From contig JBBRNJ010000034.1 of the NCBI GenBank assembly GCA_038230375.1, positions 22,174 to 86,173 of the forward strand: DNA of 64,000 nucleotides. The letters run 5' to 3'. The notes beneath the pieces are model-generated. The model did no database searches. It had not been told where the DNA came from and saw only the letters and a list, made by a program, of their open reading frames with translations. Position 1 is the stretch's first letter; each line of letters starts with the position of its first letter. This DNA comes from Polyangiales bacterium. Its GTDB lineage: Bacteria > Myxococcota_A > Polyangia > Polyangiales > Polyangiaceae. The translations under genes were made by a program, and so were the position numbers. Below are positions 59,309 to 64,000 of this stretch, piece by piece.

Positions 59309-60173
59309 CGAAGACCTCCGCGATCGCCCGCGCGATGCCGCCGCCCGTCACCGCGGTCTCTTCGAGGTGATCGGTCGCGACTGCCTTCACGGCGTCTGGC
59401 GCTTGCCCCATGGCGAAAGAGCGGCCGGCGATCTGCAGCATGGGGACGTCGTTGTGCCAGTCGCCGACGACCACGCACTCGTCCACGCTGATGCCGTGAT
59501 GCTCTGCGATGTACGCGAGCGCGGAGCCCTTGGTGCCGCCCTGCGAGCGCACGATGAGGCCCCACATGCCGTCGCCCACGCGGCGGATGGGGAAGTGATT
59601 CAGCTGCACGGTGTCGTGCTTGGAGACGTGCGCGAGCACACGCTCGATGTCGGCGAAGGTGCCAATGGCGACGACCGCGGTGAGCCCGTGCTCCGGTTCC
59701 CAGACGTCGCCCTCGAAGATGGCGGCCTCGCGGATGTCGTCCGACCAGATCTTCACGTACGGGATGAGCTCGCGGCCGCGCTCGTCGTGGAAGATGGTGT
59801 CACGCGCAAAGACGAATGTGGATGCGCCAGACGAGGAGAGCGCGTCGCGCAGGGACCCGGCGGCCTCGCCCATGATCCCCTTGTGGATGATCGTCGCGTG
59901 CGTCTTGCCCGTCACGATGTGGCTTCCGTCCGCGCATGCGACGGGGCCGTCGGCGCCGATGGCGATCACCGACTCCTTCGAGCCCGCGTAGAGGCGGCCG
60001 GTGATCACGGTCACGTGCACGCCTCGGTCGCGTACCTCGCGGAGGGCCGCGACGTCGACGGGGTGCGGGCGGCCGTCGATGCCGAGCAGCGTCCCGTCAA
60101 GGTCGACGCCGATCAACTTGTACGAGCCCTCGGGGACTGCTTTGCGCGGTCGCACCCCTATTCTGTAGCGCAT
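59295..60173 (-). CDS. Cof-type HAD-IIB hydrolase
   Basis: DLDGTLL, ITGR, TKGSAL, GDWHNDVPML. Confidence 0.9.
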   Translation of the reverse strand: MRYRIGVRPRKAVPEGSYKLIGVDLDGTLLGIDGRPHPVDVAALREVRDRGVHVTVITGRLYAGSKESVIAIGADGPVACADGSHIVTGKTHATIIHKGIMGEAAGSLRDALSSSGASTFVFARDTIFHDERGRELIPYVKIWSDDIREAAIFEGDVWEPEHGLTAVVAIGTFADIERVLAHVSKHDTVQLNHFPIRRVGDGMWGLIVRSQGGTKGSALAYIAEHHGISVDECVVVGDWHNDVPMLQIAGRSFAMGQAPDAVKAVATDHLEETAVTGGGIARAIAEVFGGRV

Positions 60174-60183
60174 CCATCTCCGA

Positions 60184-60202
60184 ATTGAAAATGGTTTTCA
60201 AT
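60184..60202. promoter_or_regulatory. Fur-box-like operator
   Basis: Perfect inverted repeat ATTGAAAA-TGG-TTTTCAAT, AT-rich in a GC-rich genome, directly upstream of the HAD-feoA-feoB operon. Confidence 0.8.
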
Positions 60203-60248
60203 AAGGAATCGGCGCCGTCAGAGGCTCGCGAGTCAGGAGCGCGAGTCT

Positions 60249-60293
60249 ACAAACGCCGAAAGGTCGTCCGCCATTTCTGACGAGCGACCCTTC
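60249..60293 (-). terminator. Terminator of rplU-rpmA
   Basis: - strand stem gaagggtcgctcgtca-GAAA-tggcggacgacctttc followed by ggcgtttgt. Confidence 0.65.
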
Positions 60294-60309
60294 TCGAGAC
60301 CCGAAGCGT

Positions 60310-60600
60310 TTACTTCGCTGCGGGGGCGGTCATGATGACGGGGGAGCCGTGCGGATACACGGAGACCTTCTTCTGGTCCTTCGTGCGCCACTCGTACTTC
60401 ACCACGCCGTCGATGAGCGAGAAGAGCGTGTAGTCCGAGCCGAGCCCGACGTTCTTGCCCGCCGCGATGCTTCCACCGACCTGGCGAACGAGGATGTTGC
60501 CAGCGAGGACCTTCTCGCCGCCATACACCTTCACGCCGCGACGCTGGGAGTTGGAATCGCGCCCGTTGCGCGTAGAGCCTGCACCTTTTTTGTGAGCCAT
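60310..60600 (-). CDS. rpmA: 50S ribosomal protein L27
   Basis: [24 protein letters not shown]. Confidence 0.98.
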   Translation of the reverse strand: MAHKKGAGSTRNGRDSNSQRRGVKVYGGEKVLAGNILVRQVGGSIAAGKNVGLGSDYTLFSLIDGVVKYEWRTKDQKKVSVYPHGSPVIMTAPAAK

Positions 60601-60614
60601 GGCTGTTTACTCCT

Positions 60615-60923
60615 CTAACCCGTGATTCCGGTGATCTGGAGCGCGGTGAACGGCTGACGATGGCCGTTCTTGCGACGGTAGTTCTTCCGGCGACGGAACT
60701 TGAAGACGATGATCTTCTCGCCGCGATCTTGCGCGGTGATCTTCGCCTCGACTTTGGCGCCTGCGACCAGCGGAGCGCCGATCTTGAGGGACTCACCGCC
60801 CACCATGAGCACTTCGCTCAGGGTGACCGTGTCGCCGACATTGCCGACGAGCTTCTCGACGTGAAGCTTGTCGCCCTGAGCGACCCGATACTGCTTCCCG
60901 CCTGTTTTGATGACCGCGTACAT
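60615..60923 (-). CDS. rplU: 50S ribosomal protein L21
   Basis: [14 protein letters not shown]...[24 protein letters not shown]. The true start is ATG 60923. Confidence 0.98.
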   Translation of the reverse strand: MYAVIKTGGKQYRVAQGDKLHVEKLVGNVGDTVTLSEVLMVGGESLKIGAPLVAGAKVEAKITAQDRGEKIIVFKFRRRKNYRRKNGHRQPFTALQITGITG

Positions 60924-61123
60924 GAAGAGACCCGCTTTCTTGGACCTGACCTGCTCGAGGTCCGCCTCTGCCATGATGCAGGGGTGGGAGTGCTCGGCGG
61001 GGAAGGGGGGATGAAGAGTGATCCGCGAGGAGAACGTGACACCCATGACTTGCGCAACGCTGGCGTGGCGCAAGCTGGCCCGCGCAGGGAGGTCGGCAAG
61101 GCCGGCTACCTGAGGGGACGCGG

Positions 61124-61151
61124 AGTATATGGATGGGCGCCCCGTTGTAAA
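61124..61151 (-). promoter_or_regulatory. Sigma-70-type promoter of rplU-rpmA
   Basis: TTTACA-N16-TATACT followed by a GC-rich discriminator (CCGCGTCCC). Confidence 0.6.
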
Positions 61152-61271
61152 GCCGAACGCGCTCAGACGCCGAAAAAAAGCCTCTTGGCCACGTGCAGGA
61201 CCCAGATCTGGTCCCCACGCATAGGTGAGGAGGGAATTCAGGCCCCACCACCCTGGACCCCGGCCCAGGTC

Positions 61272-61287
61272 CGGTGCATGATTTGCA
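61272..61287 (+). promoter_or_regulatory. Possible sigma-54 promoter
   Basis: CGGTGCATGATTTGCA (GG-N10-GC with TTGC at -12) upstream of the 61406 gene. Confidence 0.3.
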
Positions 61288-61405
61288 GTACAGTGGGAGG
61301 ATTCGCCTGCTCCGCTTCGGGGGCCGCGCTGCACCAGGTCGGTCCCAGGACTTGCCCGGTGGATCCAACACTGTCCTATCGTCACGTTCTCTTGGAGGAT
61401 CTCGC

Positions 61406-62095
61406 ATGAAATCACGGTCGGCATTCCACGTTGCTCTGACCTCCACCATCCTGATGGCGGCAGCCATCGCCTGTAGCGCGCCCGATCCAGGTCAGGTGGT
61501 CTACAACCAGCGCGTCGACCAGACGAACCAGGGCGGTGGTGGCGGTGGTGGTGGCGGTGGCGGTGGCGGCGGAGGAGGCGGCGGCGGCGGCGGCGGCGGG
61601 ACTGACGCTGGGGGAGGGGGCGGAGGAAGTAAGGATGCCGGCAACGGAGGCGGTGGCACCGGGGCATTCGCGGGCGCACCCATGTACGCCGCTGGCCAGG
61701 CGGGTGGCAACCTCACCGCGAAGGGCACGGCCGCACACTCGGTCATCAACGCTGCCAAAGATCCGACTGGCATGGAGTGCACCAAGTCCGGTTGTCATGG
61801 CTCCGGCGCAGCCAGCCCCTGGGGGTTTGCTGGTACGGCGTACATCACGCCGACCACCCGCGTTGGCGCGGGCGTCGAGATCCGCGTCATCGGCAGCGAC
61901 GGAAAGCAGTTCGACAGCGTGTACACCGACGCGGATGGCAACTTCTGGAGTCCCAACGGTCCCGCCATGTTCCCGTCTGGTGCCAAGGCGGGCATACGCA
62001 ATGGGACCACCTCGCACACCATGACGAGCGTGGCTGCGCTCGGGTGCAACGTCAGCGGCTGTCACGGCAGCGGCGCCAACCCGATGATGCCCTGA
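61406..62095 (+). CDS. Lipoprotein with poly-Gly linker and two CX4CH motifs (putative diheme c-type cytochrome)
   Basis: GGAGG RBS, lipobox AIAC, CTKSGCH and CNVSGCH flanking a TDADGNF beta-sandwich segment. Confidence 0.75.
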   Translation: MKSRSAFHVALTSTILMAAAIACSAPDPGQVVYNQRVDQTNQGGGGGGGGGGGGGGGGGGGGGGGTDAGGGGGGSKDAGNGGGGTGAFAGAPMYAAGQAGGNLTAKGTAAHSVINAAKDPTGMECTKSGCHGSGAASPWGFAGTAYITPTTRVGAGVEIRVIGSDGKQFDSVYTDADGNFWSPNGPAMFPSGAKAGIRNGTTSHTMTSVAALGCNVSGCHGSGANPMMP

Positions 62096-62138
62096 CTTCT
62101 TTCTTGCGTCGCTGGCTTAGCTACGCAAAAAAGGAGGG

Positions 62139-63032
62139 ATGCAGCTCTCCGGCACCTATACCGCGCTCGTCACTCCCTTCAACGACGACGCGGAGCAGAG
62201 CGTCGACTTCGCCGCGTTCGATCGCCTGGTGGAGGCGCAGATCAACGGAGGCGTCAGCGGCATCGTTCCGTGCGGCACCACGGGCGAGACGCCCACACTC
62301 ACGAGCGCAGAGGATCTCGCCGTCATCGAGCGCGCCGTGCGCATCGCCAAGAAGCGCGTGCAGGTGATCGCGGGCACGGGTAGCAACTGCACACGGAGCA
62401 CGATCGAGGCCTCACGGGCTGCGGTCTCGGCCGGGGCCGACGCGATCATGGTCGTCACGCCGTACTACAACAAGCCAACGCAGGCCGGGATGTTCGAGCA
62501 CTTCACGGCGGTGGCGAAGGCCGTCAGCGTGCCGGTGGTCATCTACAACATCCCGAGCCGCTCCGTGATCGACCTTGCGGCCGAGACGCTGAAGCAGATC
62601 GCGGAGGCATGCCCCAACGTGATCGCCACCAAGGAAGCGACCGGCAACGTGCTTCGCGCGCAGACGCTCGCGCAGATGATGGGCCCGAAGATGACCGTGC
62701 TCTCCGGCGACGACGCGCTCACGCTTCCCATGATCGCTTGCGGCGCGAAGGGCGTGATCAGTGTGACGTCGAACGTGTACCCGAAGGAGGTCTCGCGCGC
62801 GACGTCGCTCGCGCTGGAAGGGCGCATCGCAGAGGCGCGCGAGCTTCATCTGCGGCTCTTGCCCGTGCACGAGATCATGTTTGTCGAGGCGAACCCGTCG
62901 CCCGCGAAGGCGGCGCTTGCGCACAAGAAGATGATGACGGAGGTGGTGCGCGGTCCGCTGGCGCGCATCTCGGATGGCGCACGCGAGAAGGTGCTCCGCG
63001 CGATGTCTGCGTTCGAGCGCGCGTCGTCGTGA
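62139..63032 (+). CDS. dapA: 4-hydroxy-tetrahydrodipicolinate synthase
   Basis: GTTGE, GTGSN, TPYYNKP, YNIPSR, KEATG, SGDD. Confidence 0.96.
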   Translation: MQLSGTYTALVTPFNDDAEQSVDFAAFDRLVEAQINGGVSGIVPCGTTGETPTLTSAEDLAVIERAVRIAKKRVQVIAGTGSNCTRSTIEASRAAVSAGADAIMVVTPYYNKPTQAGMFEHFTAVAKAVSVPVVIYNIPSRSVIDLAAETLKQIAEACPNVIATKEATGNVLRAQTLAQMMGPKMTVLSGDDALTLPMIACGAKGVISVTSNVYPKEVSRATSLALEGRIAEARELHLRLLPVHEIMFVEANPSPAKAALAHKKMMTEVVRGPLARISDGAREKVLRAMSAFERASS

Positions 63033-63850
63033 GCGCCGCGCACGCTGGCCTCCAGCGCCTGGCGGTGGTGGGCGCGAGCGGGCGCATGGGACGCGCCGTC
63101 GTGCGGCTCGCCGTGGAGTCGGGGATCACGATCGTGTGCGCCGTCGGGGCGAGCGACCTGGGGCGTGACGTGGGAGAGCTCGCAGGCGTGGGCGCGATCG
63201 GGCGTGGTGTCTCCGACGAGGTGAACGAGCTCGTGTCCGCCAGGGCCGACTGCGTGATCGATTTCTCCGCGCCCGACCTCACACCGCGCGTGGCTGCTGC
63301 TGCAGCCCAGGGTGGAGCGGCGCTGGTGTGTGGCACCACCGGCCTTGGCGAGAAGGAGCGCGCTGCGCTGGATCATGCGGCGTCCAAGGTGCCGGTGCTC
63401 TGGGAGCCGAACATGAGCGTGGGCGTCTTCGTCCTGTCGCAGCTGGTCAGGCAAGCCGTTTCGATGCTTGGCGATGCTTGCGACATCGAGATCGTCGAAG
63501 CGCACCACAAGGCGAAGGTCGACGCGCCCAGTGGCACCGCCATGCGCCTCGCCGAGGTCGCGAAGGCTGCACGTGACAAGGCCGCGGGACACGCCGACAG
63601 CAACTTCGTGTTTGGCCGCGAAGGCAAACCCGGCGCGCGAAAGCCCACGGAGATCGGCGTGCTCGCGATTCGAGGCGGTGACGTGATCGGTGATCACCAG
63701 GTGCACCTGCTCAGTCATGGTGAGCGCCTCGAGCTCACGCATCGCGCGCAGAGCCGCGAGCTCTTCGCATCCGGCGCGCTACGCGCAGCGCGCTTCCTCG
63801 CAGGGAAAAAAGCCGGCCGCTACGGCCTCTCCGACGTTCTGGGAGTGTGA
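63029..63850 (+). CDS. dapB: 4-hydroxy-tetrahydrodipicolinate reductase
   Basis: GASGRMG, IDFS, GTTG, NMSVG, EAHHKAKVDAPSGTA. GTGA overlap with dapA. Confidence 0.96.
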   Translation: MSAAHAGLQRLAVVGASGRMGRAVVRLAVESGITIVCAVGASDLGRDVGELAGVGAIGRGVSDEVNELVSARADCVIDFSAPDLTPRVAAAAAQGGAALVCGTTGLGEKERAALDHAASKVPVLWEPNMSVGVFVLSQLVRQAVSMLGDACDIEIVEAHHKAKVDAPSGTAMRLAEVAKAARDKAAGHADSNFVFGREGKPGARKPTEIGVLAIRGGDVIGDHQVHLLSHGERLELTHRAQSRELFASGALRAARFLAGKKAGRYGLSDVLGV

Positions 63851-63871
63851 CCTGAGGCCCTAGCTAGCTCC

Positions 63872-64000
63872 TGCTTGTCCGGTTGTTTCAGCTCGCCGCT
63901 ACCGCTTGTGGGGCGGTTGTCGTTCTGCCTTTTGGATCTGCTTGTAGGTCGTGGGCCCCTGGCTGGTTCCGAGACCAAGGAGCGTCTGAAATGCGGCCTG
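63872..64000 (-). mobile_element. Probable 3' end of an IS1595-family-like insertion sequence (partial transposase C-terminus plus candidate terminal repeat)
   Basis: The - strand frame reads QAAFQTLLGLGTSQGPTTYKQIQKAERQPPHKR* (stop 63899-63901), which resembles IS1595 transposase C-termini as recalled. Codon usage is atypical. Candidate end is tgcttgtccggttgtttcagc (63872-63892). Only 33 residues are visible. Confidence 0.5.

Noticed and set aside
61533..61640. Poly-Gly and other coding microsatellites (also 44430-44555, 52890-52960, 33705-33745) as members of the TCGAC repeat family
   Set aside because: They have different units, occur only inside coding linkers, and are explained by Gly-rich tethers.
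60924..61679. N-terminal extension of L21 (354-aa ORF), or a known ncRNA (SRP, tmRNA, RNase P) here
   Set aside because: L21 starts at MYAVIKTGG (60923), the extension spans a promoter and the divergent gene, and no diagnostic ncRNA motifs were recognised.

Overview
High-GC chromosomal window that looks like a myxobacterium. Myxococcota/Polyangiales-like is inferred from the many Cys/Gly-rich lipoproteins, a MYXO-CTERM-like tail and hybrid kinases. It holds about 60 genes. Housekeeping genes are prfC, recD2, rplU-rpmA, dapA-dapB and a Cof hydrolase-feoA-feoB operon behind a Fur-like box. There are also many exported hydrolases (S9A, M28, S46 and C1A peptidases, L,D-transpeptidase, SGNH esterase, phosphoesterase), signalling genes (two intact kinases, a GGDEF protein, a doubly frameshifted CheB/CheR plus hybrid kinase locus), a DUF4266-DUF3570-TlpA module without apbE, and the probable 3' end of an IS1595-like element at the right edge. 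No rRNA, tRNA or CRISPR array was found. Two observations stand out. (1) A dispersed family of TCGAC-core hexamer tandem arrays occurs both intergenically and in frame within genes. Each is flanked by about 200-300 bp of strand-asymmetric synonymous substitution bias, and one forms the junction of a transketolase-C/SCP2-like fusion. (2) A DUF2760 + Hsp70 + Hsp70-DUF3731 operon in which DUF2760 resembles a membrane-anchored GrpE-like factor, suggesting a dedicated uncharacterised Hsp70 machine. All family calls come from motif recognition by eye; no database searches were run.
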